A DNA stretch of 49,885 nucleotides from assembly GCA_027451365.1 (NCBI GenBank), contig DAIDJN010000079.1:1-49885 (forward strand), read 5' to 3'. This document shows positions 1-10,098 of this stretch, in pieces; the first letter of the stretch is position 1; each line of letters starts with the position of its first letter. The DNA comes from Phycisphaerales bacterium (GTDB lineage Bacteria; Planctomycetota; Phycisphaerae; WQYP01). The position numbers were made by a program, and so were the translations under genes. The notes below the pieces were generated by a model. The model made no database searches. It was given only the letters and a program-made list of their open reading frames with translations, and had not been told where the DNA came from.

Positions 1-120
1 GTTCAACCCGATGCATCGCATCCAGACGAACCCGTTCGTTAGCCGACATAATTAAGTTTTCCATTCTGTCTGGTATACCCCAGACTCGAAGGTGACACTT
101 CTATTTCGGCTAAGGGGTGA

Positions 121-483
121 CAATTCTACTTCGGTACAACAGGCGACGGATACGCAGGTAATTGCCCAAGCAAAACAAAATGCTATTTTGACCCAGACGC
201 CGGCTACGACCTCTTCACGCCAGAACAGGCGATTTGTGCATGTAAGCTAAAACCGTGCGATTTCTATCGGCTATGGTGTGAATGGGGCGTTTACCATGGC
301 CATTCAGTTGGCGGTTGGGTTCGAACCACGGGCGAGTGCGACCAATGCTACCAGCGATGCGTTGGCCAGACTGTGCACTATTGGTCATTTCGGTGTTGCC
401 CGATTGGCAAGAAAGGGGGGACGCAGATGAATTGGAATGTGGAGGACCAGGGTTGCGTGTTGCCTGATGAGGACATATCGTGA
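121..483 (+). pseudogene. Start-less, Cys-rich open frame (120 aa, 12 Cys); probable orphan C-terminal fragment of a polymorphic/Rhs-type toxin
   Basis: Own translation of frame +1, open from the TGA at 118-120 to the TGA at 481-483: QFYFGTTGDGYAGNCPSKTKCYFDPDAG...CACKLKPCDFYRLWC...CDQCYQRC...RCCPIG...GCVLPDEDIS*. The stop overlaps the GTG at 480 of the next ORF. Not in the ORF track because there is no early start codon. Confidence 0.4.
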
Positions 484-1199
484 TAGATATGAGCAAAGTA
501 AGGCGAATTGGTAACTGGACGGTCCATGTTAACGGGCCGCGGAGGCCAACTGTAAAAGGGGGGGTGCCCAAAAGCTGCGGCCCAAGCCTCGGTTCGGAAG
601 AATTGGACCGGATCATCGCAGAATCCAGATCACCGAGCATCGAGTGGAGGGAAGAATGGGGGACCAGTGGATACCTGGTCGGGGTGATCAGGCGTATGCA
701 CGCCGGGTGCCACGTTGTCATGTCGGTGCGGGTCGATCCACATCGACCTTACCGAATTTTTGCGGGAAGGAAGGCCCTTGCGGAGCGTTTGGCGACCCCG
801 GCCGAGCTGTTGGCGGCTATCGAGCGTTGCTGGAAAAGAGCCGTTGGTGTCTTGGACAAGCGGGACCTTGAACTGGGACGGCAGCTCGGCGATATCGGGC
901 TTTCCTGCTATCTTGTTGCGGCTAATTGCTTTGAAGGCGATCAGTTCCGACGCAAGCAGGAAATCCTTTGTACGGAGTTCACATCTGTGGCTGATAGCCG
1001 ATTTTCGTTTCGGCTTGAACTGGGCAGGCGAAACTGCTTCTTGCATCTTTGGAGCGGCAGGCGATATAAGGTGCGCAACAGGGAAATTCTCAGGCAGTTA
1101 ATGGTCCGAATGACCGCTGGTGCACTAGACTTACGCCGCACGCCAGCGGAACTTCCAGTCGCGATGGTAACGGCGTTTGAACTTGCAGGTGTCGAATGA
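480..1199 (+). CDS. Hypothetical protein (possible immunity protein for the upstream Cys-rich fragment)
   Basis: 239-aa ORF with a GAGGA RBS-like sequence at about 468-472; alternative ATG at 489. No recognisable family; role inferred from position only. Confidence 0.5.
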   Translation: MIDMSKVRRIGNWTVHVNGPRRPTVKGGVPKSCGPSLGSEELDRIIAESRSPSIEWREEWGTSGYLVGVIRRMHAGCHVVMSVRVDPHRPYRIFAGRKALAERLATPAELLAAIERCWKRAVGVLDKRDLELGRQLGDIGLSCYLVAANCFEGDQFRRKQEILCTEFTSVADSRFSFRLELGRRNCFLHLWSGRRYKVRNREILRQLMVRMTAGALDLRRTPAELPVAMVTAFELAGVE

Positions 1200-1388
1200 T
1201 GGGCGCCGTGATAAGACGTTAGATTTTGGCGGGGCTAGACCCGCCCGGCAGGACGATAGTTCCAGCCGGTAACAATCGGGACGGATGCGCGGGTAACAGC
1301 GCTACTGAAACGTTCGATGGAAAGGTCGCGTTCGGAAAGGCCCGGTATGCTAGGCGGTAAGCGGCAAAGTCTGAGATGCGAAGATGTT

Positions 1389-1742
1389 ATGAAAATTGCT
1401 CTTAGTTGCGGGGCCGCTGTGGTCATGGTTCTGGTTGGAGTGCGGGGATGCTGCCCGAATCACGTGCCAGCCCATTCACCCGAACCCGTACCATTTGTGC
1501 GGTTGGTTGGGCAAGAGGTTGTCGTGCATGGTGTTGTGGAGGGCCGAACAAAGGACTCCATGTTGATTGTCCGGACGGCGCGATTTGGCCTTTTGGCGGT
1601 GAAGCCGACGGCGCACGGGGAACCTCGATGGGTGGGCCGGGGGATGCGCGTCAAGGCTGCGGGCCGATTATGCCGCACGTACTCCCCCGGGCCGGAGAAA
1701 CGATTGGCGGGCGCGCAACGTCGTTATTTGCACCAGGCTTGA
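1389..1742 (+). CDS. Small exported hypothetical protein / putative lipoprotein
   Basis: From ATG 1389: MKIALSCGAAVVMVLVGVRGCC, a hydrophobic leader ending in GC. The rest is beta-rich (GQEVVVHGVV...GMRVKAAGRL), reminiscent of an OB fold. Confidence 0.4.
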   Translation: MKIALSCGAAVVMVLVGVRGCCPNHVPAHSPEPVPFVRLVGQEVVVHGVVEGRTKDSMLIVRTARFGLLAVKPTAHGEPRWVGRGMRVKAAGRLCRTYSPGPEKRLAGAQRRYLHQA

Positions 1743-2160
1743 CTCGGCAAGGCGGGAACTGACCGGGCAGTCCGACAGTATCGCGGGTGGTGTCAGGCGG
1801 CGGGCTTGTCCCGGATCACCTTTCGGTGGTGGTCGGATATGTTTTCCAATCGAAGAGCAGGCGCCTACCTAAGGTGTAAAATCTTGGTATGGGGCGACAT
1901 TTGCGAGATGCGTCTGTTTTAGATCACGTCGGACTGCGAAAAACCGCTATGCCAAAAGCGACAACACGAGCGGTCAATATTTGCGGCTTTGGAAAGTCTG
2001 AAAAAGCGACGCAATGCCAATTTTTTAAATATTCGCCCCGATATCTGAAGGGCGCGCCGGTCGGCCCTGTTGACGCAAAGTCTTCCATGATTGTATTATC
2101 CGTTTTACGGCATAATTGTAATTGGCGGTGTGTCATATTTTTTCAAATCTGAGGCGAACA

Positions 2161-5100
2161 ATGCGAATGAGATCATGGGCCGGTGCATTTACGGCAATCT
2201 GTTTTGTTCTTCTGGCCGCTGCTTCGGCCGGCGCGTACACACCGCGGAAAATGGTCGCCGGATTCGATACGGCTTCAGAAATTGCATCCATGCATATTTT
2301 TGGTCCGGGCGTGCGCATGAAATTAAATACCGCGCCTGCGTATATTCATCAGGGAACCGGCAGTCTGGAAATTATCGCCGATGAAGCAAAAAATCCGCGG
2401 AAGGGTGGTGTGCGGCCGACCTTGCGCATGATGTTTTCTCACGCGATTGATCTGAAAAAGTATCGGGAAATGACCCTATGGGTATACGTGCCAAAATCCG
2501 CGGCCGCCCATTTTTTTGGCCGATATGATGTGCGCCTCGCGGTGAATCAGGGAAATCCATATTGGTCTATGGCGGACGTTTCGCCCGGCTGGAATCATGT
2601 GGTGTGGAATTTTGCCCGCCATCCGCAGAATGCGATAGCCGGTTCTGGCTCGGGTGCAACGCGATTTCTGCCAAAAATGAGAATCCTGCAGATCAATTTC
2701 GGGCCGCTGATGAATGGATACGGATTGTCTGAAATTTATGTGGACGACCTGCGGCTGGTACCGATGCGACGCCTGGTTTCGACGACGCCTGAGGAACTGG
2801 AATCGGTTCTGGGAAATGACGATTCCTGGTCCCGCCGATATCAATCAGTGGGGCGGTTGCGAGCCATCGGCGGCTTGGGTGTGCTGCCTGCAATTATGAA
2901 TGCAACGGAAGATCACGTTCCACTGGTGCGTGGCGCGGCCCGGCGGGCCATGGACGCCATCGTGCGATCAAGCGGAAAAACCGCGTGGCCTGACCTTCTT
3001 GATGCACTGCATATCGGTACGCCGCGCCAGCGGATTGCGGTGGTGCATCTGATTGCCCGACTGGGGATTGCGGTGATGGGAAAAAGGGTTATTCCGGTAC
3101 TGCAAGGCGAACTTCTGGACAACGATTATTACACGCGCACCGCCGCCCGGCAGGGGCTGGTGAAATTGGGTGTTTCGGAAGGTCAAATTGCGACCCATTT
3201 AGCCGGCATGCTTCAATCGCATGATCGGCAAACAGTTCATGATGCGCTGCGGGAGCTGGCGGATATTGGACCGGCGGCGACGCCCGCACTGCCGGCAATT
3301 CTCAAGATTCTGCGCAATTCCGCACAGCCGCTGGTGACGCGCCAATGGGCGCTGCGGGCGGCGTGGTGGACCAACGATCATGTCCTTAAGCCGGCGGATT
3401 GGGTTGTTGGCCTGGAACACGGCGCAATGGGCGTATACCGTCATCTGCCGAACCTTGCGATGATTCGCCTGGAGGCCGGTGGCATGTCGGCGGCTCGGGT
3501 CTTAAGTCGCCAGTTGCTTGGGGCAAAAAGCCCGGTGGTGCGGGCCCGTGCGGCCGAAGCGTTTTCCCACATGCGGCCGGCTGTCATAAAAGTGGCGGCC
3601 AGTGCGCTGCAAAAGGCGCTTCACGATTCGGCATGGTATGTGGCGTGGCAGGCACGGCAGGATTTGCTCCGCGCGGGCCTTCCGGTCCGGGTATCAATCG
3701 ATCGTCCGATCCGGCCAGTTGAAGAACCGGTAACCGTAGTTCGGCATGGTCATCGGGTTATTCTTACCAACGGCATGGTGCGGATGGTGTTTGATCAAAC
3801 CGCCATTGATCCGGGACCGGTGAGCGTACAACTGGATGGGGGCACCAATATGGTTCATTCCCGCTGGGTGCATCACATTCTGGCCTTTCGCCACAGCAAG
3901 GCGAACAATATGTTTGAGCGTCAATGGCTGCAGAAAGTGGGTGGAAGTCCCATTAACAAGCACTTTGTTCAGACCGTCACACATCGCGGGCCGCAAGAAG
4001 CGGAATATGTCTACACGTTTCCCGCCGATCATAAGTCTCCCTTCCGCTGGGAAGAGCACTACGTTCTGCGGCGCGGAAATTCCGGATTTTATGTTTATTT
4101 TGTGCTGCGCAACATGACCGGCAAAGCGATGCCGAATTCCATTTATCAGGGCAGTGCGCAAAGCATCGGTTTGGAATTTAACTTTCTTGTCGCTGCGACC
4201 CGCAGCCTGTTTACCACCAAAATCCTGAGTGATAATCTGCGCGGACCGACGAGTTTCGGCTTTCCCCGGCAGAACTATCTGCAATATCCGGATATCTACC
4301 AGGCCACGTGGCGGCTTCCCAACGGTGAAGTGGACGCCAAACATGAATGGATGAATTATGAACGCATGTGCCATGTCACCGGCCTGGTCGGACCAAAATA
4401 TGGGCTTTGGCTTGTATTTCCGAGTTATTCGTTTCTGGATGGCACTGAACCATTGCTTCAAATGACCGCGTTTGTGGGACCGCTTTTTATTATTGGTATG
4501 GATAATAAATATTATGTACCTACGGCAACCTATGTGGGTGCGCATTGGAAAAAGATTTATGGTCCTATGTATTTTTATCTGGATAAAGGACCCAACCGCG
4601 AAGAAATGTGGATCGCGGCCAAGCGTGCGGCGCTGGCCCAACACCACAAGTGGCCGCTGCATTGGCTCAAAAATACATTTTATCAGAGTCGGGGCGCGGT
4701 GGAAGGAACGGTGGGTGTGTCGTCCGGAACAGAGAAAAACGCCGCACAGAAAGGCTCGCCGGTAAAAAGGGCATGGGTGATTCTTAGTTTGCCGCCCAAA
4801 AATGTACCTGCCGATCTGTATGGTGCCTGGCTGCGGAATGTTGGGTCGTTCATGTACTGGACGCGGTCAGATGCCAATGGCCATTTTCTGATTAAAAATG
4901 TCGAACCGGGCAAGTACGACTTGTTTGTCTGGAAAAGCGGTATTCTCGGCGAAGCTCGGCGGAATGGACTGGTGGTGATTGCCGACAAGACATTAAAAGA
5001 ATCCCCCCTGAATATCCACCCGCTGGAATTCGGAAAAACGGTCTGGCAGATCGGCACGCCCACACGAACGGTGACGCAGTTCCGCAATGGCGGGAATTTT

Positions 5101-5643
5101 CATATTTGGGAGAATTATTTGCGTTACGGCATGAATTTTCCGCACGGCGTCAACTATTACATCGGCAAAAGCAATCCGAAAAGCGATTGGAATTATCTTC
5201 AGCCAGCCATTGTGCAAGGGCATAAAACGCCCACCACATGGAATATTCATTTTAATCTAGCCAATGTGCCCAGCGGGTATCCGGTGTTGACACTGGTTTG
5301 TGGTGGGCGCTATGCCCGGATGAACATATTTGCCAATGGCCATAAGATAGGTTCCATCCATACCAATATTGGATTGCAACTTGTGCGCACCGCGCCTTAC
5401 GGTGAATTGATAATCCGGAATTTCGACTTTTCGCGGAGACTTCTGCATAAGGGAAAGAATATCATTTCGCTTTCTTTTGCCTCGTCGGTGCCCGGAAATG
5501 AAATTCACGGGATCTACCGTGCGACTCTTGCAGGCGGAAAAGTCGCACGAAAAGTGCGGCAGAACTGGACCAGCTTTATGGCCTATGATTGCATTCGCCT
5601 TTCCATTTCCAAATCGTCACCCCGCAGACATGGTGGGAAATGA
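2161..5643 (+). CDS. Secreted multidomain protein: N-terminal beta-sandwich/CBM-like domain + HEAT repeats + polysaccharide lyase family 4 (rhamnogalacturonan endolyase)
   Basis: Signal peptide (…LLAAASAGA); HEAT-like repeats (DHVPLVRGAARRAM, DNDYYTRTAARQGL, KSPVVRARAAEAF); PL4-type motifs (HYVLRRGNSGFYVY, YWTRSDANGHFLIKNVEPGKYDL, VWQIGTPTRT, YYIGKSNPKSDWNY, YDCIRL). GAGG precedes ATG 2161. Confidence 0.8.
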   Translation: MRMRSWAGAFTAICFVLLAAASAGAYTPRKMVAGFDTASEIASMHIFGPGVRMKLNTAPAYIHQGTGSLEIIADEAKNPRKGGVRPTLRMMFSHAIDLKKYREMTLWVYVPKSAAAHFFGRYDVRLAVNQGNPYWSMADVSPGWNHVVWNFARHPQNAIAGSGSGATRFLPKMRILQINFGPLMNGYGLSEIYVDDLRLVPMRRLVSTTPEELESVLGNDDSWSRRYQSVGRLRAIGGLGVLPAIMNATEDHVPLVRGAARRAMDAIVRSSGKTAWPDLLDALHIGTPRQRIAVVHLIARLGIAVMGKRVIPVLQGELLDNDYYTRTAARQGLVKLGVSEGQIATHLAGMLQSHDRQTVHDALRELADIGPAATPALPAILKILRNSAQPLVTRQWALRAAWWTNDHVLKPADWVVGLEHGAMGVYRHLPNLAMIRLEAGGMSAARVLSRQLLGAKSPVVRARAAEAFSHMRPAVIKVAASALQKALHDSAWYVAWQARQDLLRAGLPVRVSIDRPIRPVEEPVTVVRHGHRVILTNGMVRMVFDQTAIDPGPVSVQLDGGTNMVHSRWVHHILAFRHSKANNMFERQWLQKVGGSPINKHFVQTVTHRGPQEAEYVYTFPADHKSPFRWEEHYVLRRGNSGFYVYFVLRNMTGKAMPNSIYQGSAQSIGLEFNFLVAATRSLFTTKILSDNLRGPTSFGFPRQNYLQYPDIYQATWRLPNGEVDAKHEWMNYERMCHVTGLVGPKYGLWLVFPSYSFLDGTEPLLQMTAFVGPLFIIGMDNKYYVPTATYVGAHWKKIYGPMYFYLDKGPNREEMWIAAKRAALAQHHKWPLHWLKNTFYQSRGAVEGTVGVSSGTEKNAAQKGSPVKRAWVILSLPPKNVPADLYGAWLRNVGSFMYWTRSDANGHFLIKNVEPGKYDLFVWKSGILGEARRNGLVVIADKTLKESPLNIHPLEFGKTVWQIGTPTRTVTQFRNGGNFHIWENYLRYGMNFPHGVNYYIGKSNPKSDWNYLQPAIVQGHKTPTTWNIHFNLANVPSGYPVLTLVCGGRYARMNIFANGHKIGSIHTNIGLQLVRTAPYGELIIRNFDFSRRLLHKGKNIISLSFASSVPGNEIHGIYRATLAGGKVARKVRQNWTSFMAYDCIRLSISKSSPRRHGGK

Positions 5644-6310
5644 GGTGGCCACAAGCACAAGACCAGGTTAACGGGCGATTGGCGTTATTCGTATATATGG
5701 AAAACGCATTCTGCCCCGTTTGCTTATAACCGTTCAATTTTTCTGTTGCAGCGGTATGGCTTTTGGCGATAAACTGGCATCAGCGGTGTCGCAAGAATAC
5801 TGCGTTTTTCAATTGCGTGCCAGCGGTCGTTTCAGGCCCAAGGCGACTATCGAACTCGTTGAATTTAAAGGCGGATTGGCGGGCGATGAAATATCTTGTT
5901 TTTCTTCTGTTGAAGACTCATAATAACTGATGGATTGGCCGATAATGAGGGTGCGTCTATCGCGTACGCTTGACAGAACCGACTGGTTGATTGAATATGC
6001 GTAAGACTTGAGCCTCCCGGCCAGCAATAAATTGGATTGAAGCGGGTCGGAGTGGAACTGCGCTGTCGGCGCGAAAATCAGTCGTACCGGGCGTTTCGGA
6101 CGGTTCCATGACGGTTACATGGCGGTTACATGGCGTCGGTCATTCTGCCGGACTGGCGTATTACCAAGAGGTGTGAGGGACGGATCCGAATCGGGTGGCA
6201 CACAATATTTTTCAATGTTGACGGAGTTAAATCGCATGGCTTTCAAGAGAACAGAGATCAAAAACGCCGGCATCCAGCGGAAATTGACCAATTGTGGAGG
6301 GTCTTGGCCG

Positions 6311-7840
6311 ATGCCGCGACTGTGTCGGTTATGGAAGCCGCGCCTGATTGGAACGGTGTTGCTCGCAGCGGCGGCGGCGGGGCTTTCGGGCTGCAATTCA
6401 ATGACCAACCCCATTGATTATTTGAATCTGCGTAATTCGTTTCTGGATCCTTCGCAGGTTGGGCGCTTTGATATGGCCAATCCCGGTGGCCGCGTGCAGC
6501 CTGTCACCTGGCCGATTCTTGATTCTCTGGCCGTAAATGATCCACCGGCGCGCCCTTGGAAAGGTTCAGTGGCGCCGACGGTGGCCGATTTAAGTGTTTC
6601 ACACAAGCCATATAAACTTGGTCCCGGCGACGTGGTAACCGTATCGGTTTTTGAACTCGTGGTCCCCGGTCAGGAATCTGTCCAGACGCGGCAGGTGAAC
6701 ACACAGGGAGAAATTAATCTGGATTTCGTTGGAAGTCTGAAGGTTAAGGGCTTAACCGTTCGCCAGGTTCAGAACCGAATTGTTCAGAAGCTCATTGAGT
6801 CTGGCCAGATGTCCGCACCCGGGCCGCATCAGCCCGGACCACAGGTGAACGTGGACCTGACGGAAGCTCGCGGCCGGGTATTTTCCATATTGGGGGGTAC
6901 GGGCCATCCGGGCACTTACAACATCATGTCGCCGGACTTCCATCTGTTGGATGCGCTGGCGTTGGCGGGCGATATTTCCGATCAGCCTGGCATTCGCTGG
7001 CTTTATGTGATTCGGCCGGTTTCCCGTCAAACAGAACAGAAATCCGTGGGGATCACCAGCCATACCGGGCATCCGGCGTCGCAGTCTTCGGCGGGAATGC
7101 TGCAGTCCATTGCGAATCAGGTAAGCGGAGCAACCTCCATTACCCCATCGGCTCAGGCCAAAATAAATCAGGATCAGGGTGAACTCAACAACGCGATGAA
7201 TTCAAGCGATCAATCTGCGGCACCCCATTATGTTTACTTGAACGGCCGTTGGGTTGAGCTTGCCGCCAAGTCGCATTCTCCGAGTCAGGTGCAGAGCAAA
7301 ATGCCCAGGGAATTCAATTTTGCCACCGCGGTTGCCGGCATGAAACGCAATGCCCCGGCGATGCCGACCCATTCACTTATCATTCGCATTCCCATTCGCC
7401 AGCTGCGCGAGGGTAATCCGCGCGATAACATCATTATCCACGCTGGTGACGTGATTATGGTGCCACAACTTGATCCCCAATATTATTACATGATGGGCAC
7501 GGTCAATCGTCCGGGTGTTTATACGCTGACCGGGCAGAAGATCACCATTAAACAGGCTGTGGCGGCGGCGGGCAACCTTTCGTCGCTGGCGATCCCGCGC
7601 CGTTGCGAATTGATTCGCCGTATCGGGCACAGTCAGGAAATGATTATTCAGGTGAATTTGCAGAAAATTTTTGATGGCACTGAACCGGATATTTTCCTGA
7701 AATCCAATGATGTCGTGAATTGCGGATCCGATATGTTCGCCTATCCGCTGGCAGTCGTTCGCAGCGGGTTTTCGTCCAGCTACGGCTTTGGATTTACTTA
7801 TGATCGCAATTACTACATCCAGCCGACAATTATCCGATAG
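6311..7840 (+). CDS. Polysaccharide biosynthesis/export lipoprotein (Wza/OPX family, SLBB domains)
   Basis: Lipobox LSGC; Poly_export motif YKLGPGDVVTVSVFEL...VNTQGEINLDFVGSLKVKGLT; SLBB motifs (HPGTY...LLDALALAG; MGTVNRPGVY...QAVAAAG; IFLKSNDVV). Start uncertain (ORF is open from 6119). Confidence 0.85.
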   Translation: MPRLCRLWKPRLIGTVLLAAAAAGLSGCNSMTNPIDYLNLRNSFLDPSQVGRFDMANPGGRVQPVTWPILDSLAVNDPPARPWKGSVAPTVADLSVSHKPYKLGPGDVVTVSVFELVVPGQESVQTRQVNTQGEINLDFVGSLKVKGLTVRQVQNRIVQKLIESGQMSAPGPHQPGPQVNVDLTEARGRVFSILGGTGHPGTYNIMSPDFHLLDALALAGDISDQPGIRWLYVIRPVSRQTEQKSVGITSHTGHPASQSSAGMLQSIANQVSGATSITPSAQAKINQDQGELNNAMNSSDQSAAPHYVYLNGRWVELAAKSHSPSQVQSKMPREFNFATAVAGMKRNAPAMPTHSLIIRIPIRQLREGNPRDNIIIHAGDVIMVPQLDPQYYYMMGTVNRPGVYTLTGQKITIKQAVAAAGNLSSLAIPRRCELIRRIGHSQEMIIQVNLQKIFDGTEPDIFLKSNDVVNCGSDMFAYPLAVVRSGFSSSYGFGFTYDRNYYIQPTIIR

Positions 7841-8193
7841 GCTTTTTCGGAGGCGTTGGACGCCAGGCAAAATGAATCGGAATCAGCCCGCTCTGACGTA
7901 ATGGCTGGTTGGCTTGGCGGTTCGGTAAACCGATTCGTCTGGAGCCGTATGGATTGCAGCCGCTCTTGGCATTATTGCCCAGGTGAAATTGGGACCTGCT
8001 GAAAAGAGTCTGGATCAGCGGCAGCCCGGAGGAATTCCACTTTTCTGGAGTTATCGGACTCCGGTCGCCTGACTTCGGAATTTGTTGCCGCTGCCAACGG
8101 TCTTAATTTAAACGTATAATAGAAGACGATATCTAATTCGTCGTGACGAAGTCAGCGAGCTGGCCCGTTCAGAGAACGGGCGGATGGGTATTT

Positions 8194-9204
8194 ATGGTTG
8201 AGACTTTAAAAGCCGATACCAAGGACACAGAACAAACGCGGAATAATTCCGCAGCCGCACCCCGCTTTGACTACACGGCCGGAACGGCGGCTCCGCGTCG
8301 CCGCGCCAGCCAGATGCACGGCTCGGTACAACTTATATTACTGGGAATCGCGGCGGCCTTTTCAGCTTTGTACTATATTAATTTCACAACGCTGGTAAAA
8401 GTCTGGTCGTCTAATCCGAATTTCAGTATGGGTTTTGCCATACCGTTTATAAGTGCGTATTTCGTGTATCTGCATTGGGAAACGCTTTCGGCGCTTAAGC
8501 CCGTGCCCTCCCCAATTGGCCTGGTCATACTTCTGCTTGGAGTTATTTCGCAGGTTATATTTCTGGTGCATGGCCAGATTCAATTTTCCCATCTTAGTAT
8601 GTTTGTTGTGCTGTTCGGAGGCGTCTTATGGCTTCTGGGCTGGGAATACATGAAAATTCTCTGGTTGCCGATCTGCTATCTGATTTTCATGATTAATCCA
8701 CCGCAGGCTCTTTACGTAAAGCTGACTTCGCCGCTGCAGGAAATTTCCGCATCTTTGGGGGTGCATATCCTGCCTTTTTTTGGAATTAATGCCTTCCGAA
8801 CCGCAACGCAGGTACATGTACAATCCGGAACACACTGGTATACCCTTAATGTGGTGCGAGCCTGCAGTGGCATTCGCATGTTGACCACTTTTTTTGCTTT
8901 GTGCATCGCACTGGGTTATTCGACCACCCGTCCCACCTGGCAGAAACTGGTTCTGGCGGTCTGCGGTTTACCGATCGCGATATTGTGTAATGCGCTGCGT
9001 GTGGCGCTGTCGGGTGTCATTTATGTCACGCTTGGCTCTGAATGGGCACGCGGCAGCACCCATGCGAGTCTGGGGCTTTTGATGCTGATTCCCGCTTTTT
9101 TAATGCTGCTTGGTATCGCGTGGTTTATTGGCCTGGTGGAACGCAATCTGTTTGTATCTGATACAACCCGATCGGAAGGTTATGCCGGGAGAACTCCGGC
9201 ATGA
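8194..9204 (+). CDS. Exosortase (EpsH/exosortase A-like transpeptidase)
   Basis: About 8 TM segments with exosortase triad motifs VVRACSGIR (Cys), CNALRV (Arg) and STH (His); followed by an EpsI-like gene. Confidence 0.92.
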   Translation: MVETLKADTKDTEQTRNNSAAAPRFDYTAGTAAPRRRASQMHGSVQLILLGIAAAFSALYYINFTTLVKVWSSNPNFSMGFAIPFISAYFVYLHWETLSALKPVPSPIGLVILLLGVISQVIFLVHGQIQFSHLSMFVVLFGGVLWLLGWEYMKILWLPICYLIFMINPPQALYVKLTSPLQEISASLGVHILPFFGINAFRTATQVHVQSGTHWYTLNVVRACSGIRMLTTFFALCIALGYSTTRPTWQKLVLAVCGLPIAILCNALRVALSGVIYVTLGSEWARGSTHASLGLLMLIPAFLMLLGIAWFIGLVERNLFVSDTTRSEGYAGRTPA

Positions 9205-10067
9205 ACCATAAAACTTCCCTTCACCGTTTCGCATTACTTTCCACGCTGGTTATTCTGGCGGGGGGGGCGTTTTCCCTGGCGCTGGCCGAAAAGGCGTTTC
9301 ATGTGGTTCTCGTCAAAGAACGAACTCCGCTGCAATCGCCGCTTCGCAAAATTCCCAAGACCCTGGGCGATTTTGTGGTTCGCCATGGCTGGGTAGACCA
9401 ACACTTAAGCTCAGAAACCGTCCAGGTGCTGGGAACGCGCACCTATCTGATGCGGGAATATTGGTACAAAAAGATTCCATTCGGTGAATCCGGATCAACA
9501 ATCAAACTGAACATCAATTTTTATCCCACCAATTTTGCCACGCCGCACGTGCCCAATGTCTGCTGGAACGGCGTGGGGCTTAAACGCGTCAAAGATTCCA
9601 TTATTTCCGTCAAGGATGTACCTCACGCCTACGGCAAGCCTGGGCCGATTCCAATGCGATTTCTTTCCTTCTCCGGAGCGAGCACTGAAACCGGCGGGCT
9701 GCCGCTGTTGATCCAGCCTCATGACGGTGGCCGCTATTTAAACACCGCGTATGTGTTTCAGGTGGATGGCCGCTATGTACCCAATACACAGCAGGTCAGC
9801 GCTCTTTTCTGGCGACAATCAAGCAAATTTGGGTACGATGCCAAAATTGAAGTTGATGTGGAAGGCTTGTGCACCCGAACCCGGGCGTTGCGGGTAATCA
9901 AGGCTTTTATGCGAAGTGCCCTTCCGTCTATTGAACGTTGCCTGCCCGATTGGAAAAAATTAAATTCGCCAGCCGCGGCTGGTCCCGACCACGGAAAAAA
10001 AGCCGGTTCGGGAAGCGCGTCGGCGACCGCTTCCAGTTCGCATGATGCACCGGGAAACGCGAACTGA
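9201..10067 (+). CDS. Exosortase-associated EpsI-family protein
   Basis: ATGA overlap with the exosortase gene; N-terminal TM; motifs LSSETVQVLGTRTYLMREY and PHVPNVCWNGVG (H-x-P-x-x-C motif of EpsI). Confidence 0.82.
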   Translation: MNHKTSLHRFALLSTLVILAGGAFSLALAEKAFHVVLVKERTPLQSPLRKIPKTLGDFVVRHGWVDQHLSSETVQVLGTRTYLMREYWYKKIPFGESGSTIKLNINFYPTNFATPHVPNVCWNGVGLKRVKDSIISVKDVPHAYGKPGPIPMRFLSFSGASTETGGLPLLIQPHDGGRYLNTAYVFQVDGRYVPNTQQVSALFWRQSSKFGYDAKIEVDVEGLCTRTRALRVIKAFMRSALPSIERCLPDWKKLNSPAAAGPDHGKKAGSGSASATASSSHDAPGNAN

Positions 10068-10098
10068 TTCTCCAAAAGTGAATTACTAAGGAATAGAA

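Noticed and set aside
118..120. In-frame TGA before the Cys-rich frame as a selenocysteine or readthrough codon
   Set aside because: Further in-frame stops lie just upstream (TAG 40-42, TAA 49-51) with no start codon between them and the TGA, and no SECIS-like hairpin was recognised.
1..1320. GTTAGCC (38-44) and GTTAGAT (1218-1224) as possible integron attC core sites flanking the first genes
   Set aside because: No complementary RYYYAAC box or convincing attC hairpin could be paired with either, and there is no integrase in the window. IntegronFinder on a larger region would settle it.
3694..4662. Long antisense ORFs (3694-4662, 18837-19874, 42687-43526 and similar)
   Set aside because: They are shadows of well-supported genes on the opposite strand and show no recognisable motifs.
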